DNA of 64,000 nucleotides from Sphingobacteriia bacterium. GTDB taxonomy: Bacteria; Bacteroidota; Bacteroidia; Chitinophagales; Chitinophagaceae. The notes beneath the pieces were generated by a model that ran no database searches, was not told where the DNA came from, and saw only the letters and a list, made by a program, of their open reading frames with translations. The DNA is taken from NCBI GenBank assembly GCA_947452295.1, contig CANGCK010000013.1, forward strand, positions 872 through 64,871, given 5' to 3'. A program made the translations under genes and the position numbers. Each line of letters begins with the position of its first letter. Position 1 is the first letter of the stretch. Of this stretch, positions 1 to 10,232 are shown piece after piece.

Positions 1-161
1 CCAAAGACATTGTTGTTGCTGCAGCTATTGATCGATTTGAAATTTGGGACGCGGCTAAATACAAGCAACTTTTTGATGATTTTTCATCGGAAGCTTTCAG
101 CAATTTGGCACACGAGGTAATGAGTGGAATTAATAAAGTTGATAACCCTGAAAAATCATAA
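1..161 (+). CDS. mraZ: MraZ transcriptional regulator, C-terminal fragment (gene begins upstream of the window)
   Basis: Frame 3 is open from the window edge: KDIVVAAAIDRFEIWDAAKYKQLFDDFSSEAF...NPEKS, with stop TAA at 159-161. It has an MraZ-like C-terminus and sits directly upstream of rsmH at the head of a dcw cluster. Confidence 0.75.
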   Translation, partial: KDIVVAAAIDRFEIWDAAKYKQLFDDFSSEAFSNLAHEVMSGINKVDNPEKS

Positions 162-162
162 C

Positions 163-1110
163 ATGGAAAAAACACAAATGAATGACACAGGGTTGTTTGC
201 TTCGGATTATCATATACCGGTTCTTTTCAACGAAACGTTAGAAACACTCAATATTAATCCCAGTGGAATATACGTAGATTGCACTTTCGGTGGCGGAGGG
301 CATAGTAAAGGAATTTTACATCATTTAAATGAACATGGAAAACTAGTTGCATTTGATCAGGATGTAGATGCCCAAAAAAATATTCAACACGATAATAGGG
401 TTTTATTCATTCCACAGAATTTTAGACATATTCAACGATTCTTGCGCTTGCATCAAATTACAGAAGTAGATGGGGTATTGGCTGATTTAGGCGTAAGCAG
501 TCACCAGTTTGATGAAGGAGATAGAGGGTTCTCTATAAGATTTGCCGGCCCATTAGATATGCGGATGGATCAACGACAAGATTTTACCGCACATACTATC
601 ATTAAATCTTATTCCGAAGCTCAATTACACAAATTATTTGAACAATACGGTGAGGTAACCAATGCCAAAACATTGGCAAAGCATATTGTACATCAACGAA
701 TGCATTTGCCATATGCTACAATTGAGCAATTTAAAGCATTAATTAGTCCAGTGGTAAAAGGTAATCCCAATAAATATTTAGCTCAATTGTTTCAAGCATT
801 GCGCATTGAAGTAAATGACGAAATGGGCGCTTTAAAAGAATTGTTGGAACAATTGCCAGTAATATTAAAAAAAGGTGGGAGAGCAGCAATCATCACATTT
901 CATTCTATTGAAGATAGAATGGTGAAGAACTTTTTTAAACAAGGCACTTTTGATGAGCCAACAGATAACCCATTTTCTATCACTCCAAAAAATCAGGTTT
1001 TTAATTTAATTAATAAAAAACCAATCACAGCATCTGAAGATGAATTAAAAAGAAATAATAGAAGTAGAAGCGCAAAATTGCGAGTGGCTGAAAGAGTAAG
1101 TAAAGGATAA
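163..1110 (+). CDS. rsmH: 16S rRNA (cytosine1402-N4)-methyltransferase RsmH/MraW
   Basis: SAM-binding motif DCTFGGGGHS, plus DLGVSSHQFD and ITFHSIEDR. The ORF track opens at GTG 124 inside mraZ; ATG 163, two nt after the mraZ stop, is the more likely start. Confidence 0.9.
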   Translation: MEKTQMNDTGLFASDYHIPVLFNETLETLNINPSGIYVDCTFGGGGHSKGILHHLNEHGKLVAFDQDVDAQKNIQHDNRVLFIPQNFRHIQRFLRLHQITEVDGVLADLGVSSHQFDEGDRGFSIRFAGPLDMRMDQRQDFTAHTIIKSYSEAQLHKLFEQYGEVTNAKTLAKHIVHQRMHLPYATIEQFKALISPVVKGNPNKYLAQLFQALRIEVNDEMGALKELLEQLPVILKKGGRAAIITFHSIEDRMVKNFFKQGTFDEPTDNPFSITPKNQVFNLINKKPITASEDELKRNNRSRSAKLRVAERVSKG

Positions 1111-1131
1111 AAATTATTTTAATAAAATACC

Positions 1132-1455
1132 ATGACAGAAACAGACAATAAATCTAATTCTAAAAATATTCTAAGAGCATTCTTTAGATATGAATGGATA
1201 TTAAAAAATATGTTCTTCTTTTTATTTATATCGCTACTAGCAGTTATTTATATTGCCAATGGGCATTTATTTGATAAAACTATACGTCAAATTAATACAA
1301 CCAATGATGAATTAAAAGAATTACAGTATGTATATAAAACTTTAAAAACAGAAGAAATGCAAAAAAGTGGAGAAGCTCAAATAGTGCAATCAGCAACTCC
1401 TTTAGGTTTAAAAGTAAGTAAAGAAATGCCTATAAGAATTCAACAAAAAAAATAG
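1132..1455 (+). CDS. FtsL-like small division membrane protein
   Basis: 107 aa with a single TM segment (MFFFLFISLLAVIYIANG) followed by a charged helical region. Size and slot between rsmH and ftsI fit FtsL. The call is positional only. Confidence 0.6.
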   Translation: MTETDNKSNSKNILRAFFRYEWILKNMFFFLFISLLAVIYIANGHLFDKTIRQINTTNDELKELQYVYKTLKTEEMQKSGEAQIVQSATPLGLKVSKEMPIRIQQKK

Positions 1456-1504
1456 CAATCATTTTTTTTACGTATTGTGGTTTAATGAATATTGAAAATC
1501 AAAA

Positions 1505-3616
1505 ATGGAAGTAAAACGCGACATATTATGGAGAGTATACCTCAGCTACATACTGATGGTACTTGCTTGTGTAGCCATTTTTGGTAAAGCGATTTATATT
1601 CAACAAGTAGAAGGAAATAAGTGGCGCAGTATGAGTGATAGCTTGCATCAACATATTCAAGAAATTGATGCTGAACGAGGAACAATTTATAGTGAAGATG
1701 GTCAAATGCTTAGTACCAGTATTCCACAGTTTGATGTATTTATAGATTTTAGGGTTGAATCTCTTCGAGAAAAAAATGGTCAACTATTCAGAAAGTATAT
1801 TGATTCAGTAGCTTTATGCTTGTCACAATTATTTAAAGATCAAACTCAAGCTCAGTATAAATCTTTATTGCAACAAGGATATAAATCTGCTGATGGATAT
1901 TTTCCAATAAAGAAAAAAATATCTTACAGAGAATTTGATCAACTTAGAAGTTTCCCCTTATTTAAATTAGGAAGGTATAAAAGTGGATTAATTATTGTTG
2001 AAAAAACAATTCGATTAAATCCATACAATATGTTAGCCTTTAGAACAATTGGGCTGGCCAGAGATTCTAATAAAGTTGGCCTAGAGCTCACGTATGATAG
2101 TTTATTAAAAGGTAGAAATGGAAAACAATTGGTCCGTTCAATTGCTGGTGGGGTAGGTGTTCCAGTAGATGACAATTATTTAATTGAACCAGAAACAGGA
2201 AAAGATATTGTTAGTACAATTGATGTATTTATCCAAGACATCACAGAGTCTGCACTCATGAAAATGATGGTTCAAAAAAATGCAGAACATGGCTGTGCCA
2301 TTGTTATGGAAACCAAAACAGGAAAAATAAAAGCCATAGCTAATTTGGGAAAAACTAATTCAGGCGCTTATTGGGAAAATCTTAATTATGCAGTATCTCC
2401 ATCTGAGCCAGGTTCTACCTTTAAATTGGTAACATTATTGGCTTTATTAGAGGATAAAAAAATTAATCTCAATCAATCAATATATCTAGAAAATGGAACT
2501 TGGCAAGTTGCCGGTATTCCTGTAAAAGATGCCGAAGAACACCAAGAAAATAATGTAACAATAAAAAAAGCATTTGAACTGAGTTCTAATGTTGCCATGG
2601 CTAAATTAGCGTATTTGCATTATTCCAATAGCCCGAAACAACTATTCAAACATATTTCAGATTTAAAGTTAGATGCACCTACAGGAATTGATTTAATTGG
2701 CGAAAGAAAACCTTCATTTCATAAGCCTGGAACAAGGATGTATAATGCATCTACGGTACCGTGGATGGCTTTTGGATATGGCATTGCAATTAGCCCAATG
2801 CAAACAGCCATGTTATACAATGCGATCGCAAATAATGGAACGATGCTAAAGCCTTATTTAGTAAGTTACATCAAAGAAGAAGGTATTGTATTAAATGAGT
2901 TTAGGTCAACAGTTGTTGTTCCAAAAATATGCAATGACTATAATTTAAATTTATTAAAAGCTTGTTTGGAAGGTGTTTGTATTGAAGGAACAGCTAAAAA
3001 TATTTTTAATAACACTCCTTATAAAGTTGCGGGCAAAACTGGAACAGCGAAAGTGGCCGATGATAACAGGGGATATACAACCAATAAATATCAATCTTCT
3101 TTTGCCGGGTATTTTCCTGCGGATGATCCTCAGTATACTTGTGTAGTTGTAATTCAAAATAATCCCTTGGAAAAAGATTACTATGGAGCAACAGTAGCTG
3201 CGCCTGTGTTTAAAGAAATTTCCGATAGATTGTTTAGCACATATTTAAGAAGCGGAAAAAGTAATGTCTCAAATATTAAAAAGGGCGATAGTGCAAACTA
3301 TCAGTTTATTGGGTATTCTTCAGATTTAGCTTACTTAGCAAAACAATTACATATACCTTATAAAGATTCAACAAAGGGTACTACACTATTAAGTACAATT
3401 CAAAATAATAACAAAGTATATACACTACAAAAAAAGCAATTAAATAATAATGGAATGCCTGTATTGAAAGGACTTACATTAAAAGATGCAGTTTTTTTGT
3501 GTGAAGAGAAAGGCTTAATAGTAAATATTTCAGGAAAAGGAAGAGTAGTATCTCAATCTTTGTTACCCGGTCAAGTAACAGCAAAAGGTCAATTAATTTA
3601 TTTAACATTCAACTAA
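1505..3616 (+). CDS. ftsI: Peptidoglycan D,D-transpeptidase FtsI (PBP3-type) with C-terminal PASTA-like module
   Basis: N-terminal TM anchor; transpeptidase motifs STFK, SSN and KTGT; C-terminal LKGLTLKDAVFLCEEKGLIVNISGKGRVVSQSLLPGQ; dcw position. Confidence 0.9.
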   Translation: MEVKRDILWRVYLSYILMVLACVAIFGKAIYIQQVEGNKWRSMSDSLHQHIQEIDAERGTIYSEDGQMLSTSIPQFDVFIDFRVESLREKNGQLFRKYIDSVALCLSQLFKDQTQAQYKSLLQQGYKSADGYFPIKKKISYREFDQLRSFPLFKLGRYKSGLIIVEKTIRLNPYNMLAFRTIGLARDSNKVGLELTYDSLLKGRNGKQLVRSIAGGVGVPVDDNYLIEPETGKDIVSTIDVFIQDITESALMKMMVQKNAEHGCAIVMETKTGKIKAIANLGKTNSGAYWENLNYAVSPSEPGSTFKLVTLLALLEDKKINLNQSIYLENGTWQVAGIPVKDAEEHQENNVTIKKAFELSSNVAMAKLAYLHYSNSPKQLFKHISDLKLDAPTGIDLIGERKPSFHKPGTRMYNASTVPWMAFGYGIAISPMQTAMLYNAIANNGTMLKPYLVSYIKEEGIVLNEFRSTVVVPKICNDYNLNLLKACLEGVCIEGTAKNIFNNTPYKVAGKTGTAKVADDNRGYTTNKYQSSFAGYFPADDPQYTCVVVIQNNPLEKDYYGATVAAPVFKEISDRLFSTYLRSGKSNVSNIKKGDSANYQFIGYSSDLAYLAKQLHIPYKDSTKGTTLLSTIQNNNKVYTLQKKQLNNNGMPVLKGLTLKDAVFLCEEKGLIVNISGKGRVVSQSLLPGQVTAKGQLIYLTFN

Positions 3617-3624
3617 TATATAGT

Positions 3625-5085
3625 ATGCATTCATTACAACAACTCATTCAATCTGTACACGTAAAAAAAATTACGGGAGATACATCTGTTGTAATACGTG
3701 CGATTGAATTAGATTCTAGAAAAATTAATCCCGGTTCTTTGTTTATTGCGATTAGAGGTAATTTATCTGATGGGCATTCATTCATTGCTAAAGCCATTGA
3801 ACTTGGTGCTATAGCAGTTGTTTGCGAATTGATGCCTACAGAAGTGGCGGATGGTATAACTTACATATTGGTTAATGATGCACAAGAAGCTGCAGCGTTG
3901 ATTGGCGCAAATTTTTATAATCACCCTTCCTTGAAAGTAAAATTGGTAGGTGTTACAGGTACAAACGGTAAAACTACTATTGCCACTGTCTTATTTAAAT
4001 TATTCCGAAAATTAGGATATAGCTGTGGATTAATTAGTACGGTGCAAAATCAAATTGACGATACCATAATTCCTGCTACTCATACTACACCAGATGCGAT
4101 AAGCCTTAATGCACTTTTACAAAAAATGGTGGAGCACGGTTGTTCTCATGTATTTATGGAGTGTAGTAGCCATGCAATCCATCAACAGCGGATTACTGGA
4201 TTAACATTTACAGGCGCCTTGTTTAGTAATATTACCCACGATCATTTAGATTATCATAAAACATTTGATGAATATATTAGAGTGAAGAAAAAATTCTTTG
4301 ATGATTTGCCAAATAGTGCTTTTGCTATCTCCAATGCAGATGATAAACGCGGTGAAGTGATGTTGCAAAATACCCATGCAAAAAAATATTTGTATAGTTT
4401 AAAAACATTGGCAAATTTCAAGGGTAAAATTTTAGAAAATCCTTTGACTGGATTAGTAATGTCGGTAAACGATATAGAAGTTCATTTTAGACTAATAGGA
4501 GAATTTAATGCTTATAATTTATTAGCAGTTTATGGAGCTGCAATTTGTTTAGGGGAAAAAAGCGATGAAGTATTAACGACCTTGAGTGTTTTAAGCGGTG
4601 CAGAGGGAAGATTTGATTATATTATTAGTAAAAATGGTGTAATTGGAATTGTTGATTATGCCCATACACCAGATGCTTTAGAAAATGTATTGTCTACTAT
4701 TAAAAAGTTGCGGAAGGGACATGAACAAATTATTACAGTAGTTGGTTGCGGCGGAGATCGCGATAAGACCAAAAGGCCAATAATGGCACAGGCAGCTTGC
4801 GATTTAAGTGATAAAGTAATATTCACCAGTGATAATCCAAGAACAGAAAATCCTGAACAAATATTACTTGATATGGAAGTAGGATTGACCAGCGCTGCTA
4901 AGAGAAAATATATTACAGTTGTTGATAGGAAAGAAGCAATTATTGAAGCAGTAAGTTTTGCTAAAGCAGATGATATTGTATTAGTAGCGGGAAAAGGTCA
5001 CGAAAAGTATCAAGACATAAATGGTACTAAATATTCTTTTGACGATAAATTAGTATTGGAAGATGCATTTAACAGAACCAATTAA
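3625..5085 (+). CDS. murE: UDP-N-acetylmuramoyl-L-alanyl-D-glutamate--2,6-diaminopimelate ligase
   Basis: Mur ligase P-loop GVTGTNGKTT, the TSDNPRTENP (DNPR) motif, and dcw order. Confidence 0.92.
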   Translation: MHSLQQLIQSVHVKKITGDTSVVIRAIELDSRKINPGSLFIAIRGNLSDGHSFIAKAIELGAIAVVCELMPTEVADGITYILVNDAQEAAALIGANFYNHPSLKVKLVGVTGTNGKTTIATVLFKLFRKLGYSCGLISTVQNQIDDTIIPATHTTPDAISLNALLQKMVEHGCSHVFMECSSHAIHQQRITGLTFTGALFSNITHDHLDYHKTFDEYIRVKKKFFDDLPNSAFAISNADDKRGEVMLQNTHAKKYLYSLKTLANFKGKILENPLTGLVMSVNDIEVHFRLIGEFNAYNLLAVYGAAICLGEKSDEVLTTLSVLSGAEGRFDYIISKNGVIGIVDYAHTPDALENVLSTIKKLRKGHEQIITVVGCGGDRDKTKRPIMAQAACDLSDKVIFTSDNPRTENPEQILLDMEVGLTSAAKRKYITVVDRKEAIIEAVSFAKADDIVLVAGKGHEKYQDINGTKYSFDDKLVLEDAFNRTN

Positions 5086-5104
5086 ACAATAAATAAAATT
5101 AATT

Positions 5105-6421
5105 ATGCTATATCATTTATTCACTTGGCTAAAGCAGTCGTTTAATTTATCCGGAGCAGGTCTGTTTCAATTCCTTACTTTCAGAATTGCCATGGCTATA
5201 TTATTGTCGCTTTTAATAGCAACAGTATATGGCAAACGAATTATTCTTTATCTGCAGAAAAAACAAATTGGTGAATCAGTAAGGGAGTTGGGATTACAAG
5301 GTGAACAACAAAAAAAAGGAACACCCACCATGGGTGGCATTATTATTTTGCTGAGCATATTAATACCTACTTTATTATTTGCGAATTTAGATAAGGTATA
5401 TATTCGACTAATGATTCTTTGTACCGTTTGGTTAGGGATAATAGGTTTTTTAGATGATTATTTCAAAATCAAAGCACGAAAATCGGCACTGGAAAAAGGA
5501 GAGTCGTATAAAAAGAAAGATTCTGATGGATTGGCAGGTCTTTCAAAAATCATAGGTCAAGTTGGTCTAGGAATAATAATTGGAGCAACATTATATTTTA
5601 GTAATTCGGTAATAGTAGAACGAGAAGTAATTGGCTCTGAAAGGAAATTATCTGTATTACAGCAAGGTGAACATTTTGCTAAGGATACTTCAATGATAGT
5701 TAGACAAATGGATGGAATGGAACGAAAGTTTGTGAAAGTGAAAACACCTATTACTACAATTCCATTTGTAAAAAATCATGAATTTAATTACAGTAAATTA
5801 CTTACTTGGATAGGCGCTGGAGCAGAAAAGTATACTTGGATAGTTTATATCGTAATTGTTACATTAATAGTAACTGCAGTTAGTAATGGTGCAAATTTAA
5901 CTGATGGCTTAGATGGTCTAGCCGCAGGCGTAAGTGCAATTATTGGTGCTGGCTTAGGCGTTTTTGTATATGTAAGTGGTAATTATAAATTCGCCGACTA
6001 TCTAAATATCATGTACATCCCTAATTTGGGTGAACTCTCCATTTTTGTAGGCGCATTTGTGGGTGCATGTATTGGTTTCCTATGGTACAATGCATATCCT
6101 GCACAGGTTTTTATGGGAGATACAGGTAGTTTGGCACTTGGTGGTATCATTGCGTCTCTTGCAATTATTGTTCGAAAAGAATGGTTGATACCTATTTTTT
6201 GTGGAGTGTTTTTAGTAGAAAATTTGAGTGTAATTATTCAAGTCACTTATTTTAAATATACGAAAAAAAAATTCGGTGAAGGAAGGCGCGTTTTTTTAAT
6301 GAGTCCACTACATCATCATTATCAAAAAAAAGGATTTCATGAAAGTAAAATAGCAGTTCGATTTTGGATTGTAACCGTATTGTGTGTAGTAATGTCGATA
6401 ATTACATTAAAAATCAGATAG
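5105..6421 (+). CDS. mraY: Phospho-N-acetylmuramoyl-pentapeptide transferase
   Basis: Polytopic membrane protein with [10 protein letters not shown] and [11 protein letters not shown] motifs. It is longer than E. coli MraY because of an internal soluble insert. Confidence 0.92.
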   Translation: MLYHLFTWLKQSFNLSGAGLFQFLTFRIAMAILLSLLIATVYGKRIILYLQKKQIGESVRELGLQGEQQKKGTPTMGGIIILLSILIPTLLFANLDKVYIRLMILCTVWLGIIGFLDDYFKIKARKSALEKGESYKKKDSDGLAGLSKIIGQVGLGIIIGATLYFSNSVIVEREVIGSERKLSVLQQGEHFAKDTSMIVRQMDGMERKFVKVKTPITTIPFVKNHEFNYSKLLTWIGAGAEKYTWIVYIVIVTLIVTAVSNGANLTDGLDGLAAGVSAIIGAGLGVFVYVSGNYKFADYLNIMYIPNLGELSIFVGAFVGACIGFLWYNAYPAQVFMGDTGSLALGGIIASLAIIVRKEWLIPIFCGVFLVENLSVIIQVTYFKYTKKKFGEGRRVFLMSPLHHHYQKKGFHESKIAVRFWIVTVLCVVMSIITLKIR

Positions 6422-7770
6422 TGTATACTGTGAATAAAAAATTGATCATATTAGGTGGAGGCGAAAGCGGAATTGGTGCAGCTATATTAGCCAAGCAACA
6501 AGGATATGCGGTATTTCTAAGTGATGGAGGTAAAATAAAAGATCATTACAAAGCAGATTTACGCAACCATCAAATAGATTTTGAAGAGGGTGTACATACT
6601 GAAGAAAAAATACTTTGCGCAGATGAAGTGATGAAAAGTCCAGGTATCCCCGAAAAAAATGATATGGTTAAAGCTATTCGTTTAAAAGGGATTCCAGTGA
6701 TTAGTGAAATTGAATTAGCCTATCGTCACAAAGGCACCAGCAAAATTGTTGCTATAACTGGTAGTAATGGAAAAAGTACTACAACATCACTAATCTACCA
6801 TATATGCAAAACAGCTGGTTTGAGTTGTGCATTGGTAGGGAATATTGGTTACTCATTTGCAAGACAGGTAGCCGAAGATCCCAAAGAATGGTATATAGCA
6901 GAAATTAGTTCTTTTCAATTAGATGATATAGATGCCTTCAAAGCAGACGTAAGTGTGTTGTTGAATATTACTGAAGATCATCTAGATAGGTATGATTATA
7001 AATTTGAAAACTACATTAATAGCAAATTTAAAATAATAAACAATCAAACAAATAATGATTATTTCATTTATAATGATGATGATGAAATAATTAAGCAAAA
7101 ACTCCTATCACTTAACCTACATACTAACCCATTACCGTTCTCTATGAAACATGAAGTAAAAAAAGGTGGCAACATCAAAGGCGATCAAATGATGTTGCGA
7201 ATCCAAGAAGAAAGAGTAAGCATGAGTATCTATGACTTTGCGCTGAAAGGAAAACACAATCAATGCAATACAATGGCTGCAGGTATCGCTGCTGCAACTA
7301 TCGGTATTCGAAAAGAAAAAATCAGGGAAGCTGTAAAAAACTTCCATAGTTTGGAACATCGAATGGAATTTGTTGCAATGGTAAGAGGAGTGGAATTTAT
7401 TAATGATAGTAAAGCCACTAATGTTAATAGTACATGGTATGCGCTTGAAAGCATGAGTAAACCTACCATCCTTATTTTAGGAGGAACAGATAAAGGCAAT
7501 GATTATTCTTTAATTGAAGATCTGATAAAAGAAAAAGTAAAAGCAATTATTTGTATGGGGCTCGATAATAAAAAAATTATCGACGCATTTAAAACTATCG
7601 TTCCAGTTATTGAAGAAACAAATAGTGCAAAAAATGCCGTTAATGCTGCATTTAGTGTGGCTACAAAAGATGATGTTGTTTTGTTAAGTCCGGCTTGCGC
7701 AAGTTTCGACTTGTTTAAAAATTACGAAGATCGTGGGATTCAATTTAAAAATGCGGTGAAAGAATTATAA
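6421..7770 (+). CDS. murD: UDP-N-acetylmuramoylalanine--D-glutamate ligase
   Basis: N-terminal LGGGESGIGAA and P-loop ITGSNGKSTT. The track ORF start at 6364 lies inside mraY. In-frame GTG 6421 (1-nt overlap with the mraY stop) or GTG 6430 is more plausible; the exact start is uncertain. Confidence 0.88.
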   Translation: MYTVNKKLIILGGGESGIGAAILAKQQGYAVFLSDGGKIKDHYKADLRNHQIDFEEGVHTEEKILCADEVMKSPGIPEKNDMVKAIRLKGIPVISEIELAYRHKGTSKIVAITGSNGKSTTTSLIYHICKTAGLSCALVGNIGYSFARQVAEDPKEWYIAEISSFQLDDIDAFKADVSVLLNITEDHLDRYDYKFENYINSKFKIINNQTNNDYFIYNDDDEIIKQKLLSLNLHTNPLPFSMKHEVKKGGNIKGDQMMLRIQEERVSMSIYDFALKGKHNQCNTMAAGIAAATIGIRKEKIREAVKNFHSLEHRMEFVAMVRGVEFINDSKATNVNSTWYALESMSKPTILILGGTDKGNDYSLIEDLIKEKVKAIICMGLDNKKIIDAFKTIVPVIEETNSAKNAVNAAFSVATKDDVVLLSPACASFDLFKNYEDRGIQFKNAVKEL

Positions 7771-7771
7771 G

Positions 7772-9040
7772 ATGACCGAACAAAACGATACACTTTTTTC
7801 CAAAATTCCGACAGTTGAAGGAATGCGAAGCCAATTGGTTTATAGAACACGTGGCGATAAATACATATGGGGCATAGTGGTTGTTTTATCCTTGATATCT
7901 ATTTTAGTAGTCTACAGTGCAACAGGGTCTTTGGCCTATAAGTTGTACAAAGGAAATGCCAATGTGTATCTTTTTAAACAGTTGTCGTTTACTTTGGTAG
8001 GGTTAGTTTCAATGTATTTTTTGCATAGGTTTAATTACACAGTTTTTTCTAGGCTAGCAACACTTTTATTTTGGGCTTCAATTCCCTTGTTATTTTATAC
8101 ATTATTTTTTGGCGCAAAAATAAATGAGGGTAGTAGGTGGATAAAATTACCAATTATTCATCTTACTATTCAAACAAGTGATTTTGCTAAGTTAGCTTTG
8201 TTTATGTACCTCTCTAAGCTACTTAGTAAAAAACAAGAAGTAATAAAAGATTTTAAAAAAGGATTTATTCCAATAGTGGTACCTGTTCTTGTAATTTGTG
8301 GTTTAATTATGCCTGCAAATTTATCAAACGCGTTGCTTACCGGAGCTACTTCATTATTATTGATGTTTATTGGGCGTATAAGTTTTAAACATATATTACT
8401 AACTATATTAGTGGCATTGATCCCTGTTGGATTTATTGTATCCGTAGCGGTGTTAACATACGACGGTAAAGTCAAAGAGGATATATCAAAGCCTATTGTT
8501 GGTGAAAAAATAAAATCTATTGGACGATTCGGTACATGGGTTAAACGTGTTCAAGATTTTATGTATGCTAATGAAGCAGAAGCCCCTTATCAAGTTCAAC
8601 AAGCAAAAATAGCTATTGCAAATGGCGGGATTTTAATAGGGTTAGGGCCAGGTAATAGCCAACAACGTAATTTTTTACCCCAGGCATACAACGATTTCAT
8701 TTATTCAATAATTATTGAAGAGTATGGATTGCTGGGAGGTGCATTCATGATTTTTATTTATATGGTTTTTCTATTTCGCTGTATTACTATATTTAGAAGA
8801 TGTCCATATGCATTTGGTGCATTTTTGGCTTTGGGACTTAGCTTTACTTTAGTAATACAAGCTATTGCTAATATGGCAGTTAACGTAAACATTGTTCCAG
8901 TAACAGGTGTTACGCTGCCTTTAGTGAGTATGGGCGGCAGCTCTTTTTTGTTCACCAGTTTTGCAATTGGCATTGTTTTAAGTGTTGCAAGAAATGTAGA
9001 ACAATTAGAAGGCAAGCCAATTCCTGATTCAGTAACTTAA
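7772..9040 (+). CDS. ftsW: SEDS-family peptidoglycan polymerase FtsW
   Basis: Polytopic membrane protein with the SEDS motif PLVSMGGSS; positioned between murD and murG. Confidence 0.88.
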   Translation: MTEQNDTLFSKIPTVEGMRSQLVYRTRGDKYIWGIVVVLSLISILVVYSATGSLAYKLYKGNANVYLFKQLSFTLVGLVSMYFLHRFNYTVFSRLATLLFWASIPLLFYTLFFGAKINEGSRWIKLPIIHLTIQTSDFAKLALFMYLSKLLSKKQEVIKDFKKGFIPIVVPVLVICGLIMPANLSNALLTGATSLLLMFIGRISFKHILLTILVALIPVGFIVSVAVLTYDGKVKEDISKPIVGEKIKSIGRFGTWVKRVQDFMYANEAEAPYQVQQAKIAIANGGILIGLGPGNSQQRNFLPQAYNDFIYSIIIEEYGLLGGAFMIFIYMVFLFRCITIFRRCPYAFGAFLALGLSFTLVIQAIANMAVNVNIVPVTGVTLPLVSMGGSSFLFTSFAIGIVLSVARNVEQLEGKPIPDSVT

Positions 9041-9089
9041 AATAAATTGAATTTTTATCAATCAACGATAAATAGCAACATCTACGAAA

Positions 9090-10232
9090 ATGAGTAATAT
9101 TAGCGATGCTGGTGAAACAGTTATAAAAGAAAAACAAGCTGTACCAAAAAAAATTATCATAGCAGGCGGAGGTACTGGTGGGCATATTTTTCCTGCAATT
9201 GCAATTGCCAATGCAATCAAAGAATTTTTACCCGATACAATTTTTCTATTTATTGGCGCTAAGGGAAAAATGGAAATGGACAAAGTTCCTAAAGCTGGTT
9301 TTGTAATTGAAGGATTAGACATTACTGGATTTAATAGAATATCCTTATGGAAAAATATTCTTTTGCCCTATAAATTATTGGTCAGTTTTTTACAAGTAAA
9401 AAATATATTTAAAAAATTTAAGCCAGATGCTGTTATTGGTGTTGGTGGATATTCTTCTTTTCCTGTATTGCGTTATGCGCAATCTGAAGGAATAAAAACT
9501 TTTATCCATGAAAGTAATTCATTTGCAGGAAAATCAAATATTTTGCTTGGAAAGAAAGCCACTAAAATATTTGTTGCGACAACTGGTATGCAACAGTTTT
9601 TTCCTCAAGAAAAAATAATTATTTCAGGAAATCCTATTAGAACTGCAATAAGTAATAGTAGCATTTCTAAAGCAGAAGCATTAAGCTTTTTTAGTTTAAA
9701 TCTTGACAAAATAACCATATTAGTAGTTGGTGGTAGCTTAGGTGCTAATAGTATTAATGAAGCTGTTCTTGATTCATTGGGTTGTTTTGAAAAAAATGAT
9801 TTACAAGTAATTTGGCAAACAGGAAAAAGCAATTCCGCTAAATATTTGTCTGGTGCTGCTCATTTTAAAAATGTATGGGCGGGTGAATTTATACAAGAAA
9901 TGGAAAATGGATATGCAGCTGCTGATCTTATTATCAGTAGAGCAGGAGCGATGGCAGTTAGTGAAATTTGCGTTGTTGCTAAACCTGCTGTACTAGTCCC
10001 CTATCCCCATGCTGCCGAAGACCATCAAACGGCAAATGCTATGCAATTGGTAAATGCCCATGCTGCTGTAATTGTTAAAGATGCTAACGTTCAAAAGGAA
10101 TTAAAAGATGTTATTGTTGAACTATCAAGAAATTTAGGTATCCAAAAAACGTACCACCAAAACTTAACTAAATTAGCCATATTAGATGCTGATAAAAATA
10201 TTGCAAAAGAAATTATTAATTTGATTCAATGA
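9090..10232 (+). CDS. murG: UDP-GlcNAc:lipid I N-acetylglucosaminyltransferase
   Basis: G-loop GGTGGHIFPA; GT28 architecture; dcw order. Confidence 0.9.
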   Translation: MSNISDAGETVIKEKQAVPKKIIIAGGGTGGHIFPAIAIANAIKEFLPDTIFLFIGAKGKMEMDKVPKAGFVIEGLDITGFNRISLWKNILLPYKLLVSFLQVKNIFKKFKPDAVIGVGGYSSFPVLRYAQSEGIKTFIHESNSFAGKSNILLGKKATKIFVATTGMQQFFPQEKIIISGNPIRTAISNSSISKAEALSFFSLNLDKITILVVGGSLGANSINEAVLDSLGCFEKNDLQVIWQTGKSNSAKYLSGAAHFKNVWAGEFIQEMENGYAAADLIISRAGAMAVSEICVVAKPAVLVPYPHAAEDHQTANAMQLVNAHAAVIVKDANVQKELKDVIVELSRNLGIQKTYHQNLTKLAILDADKNIAKEIINLIQ

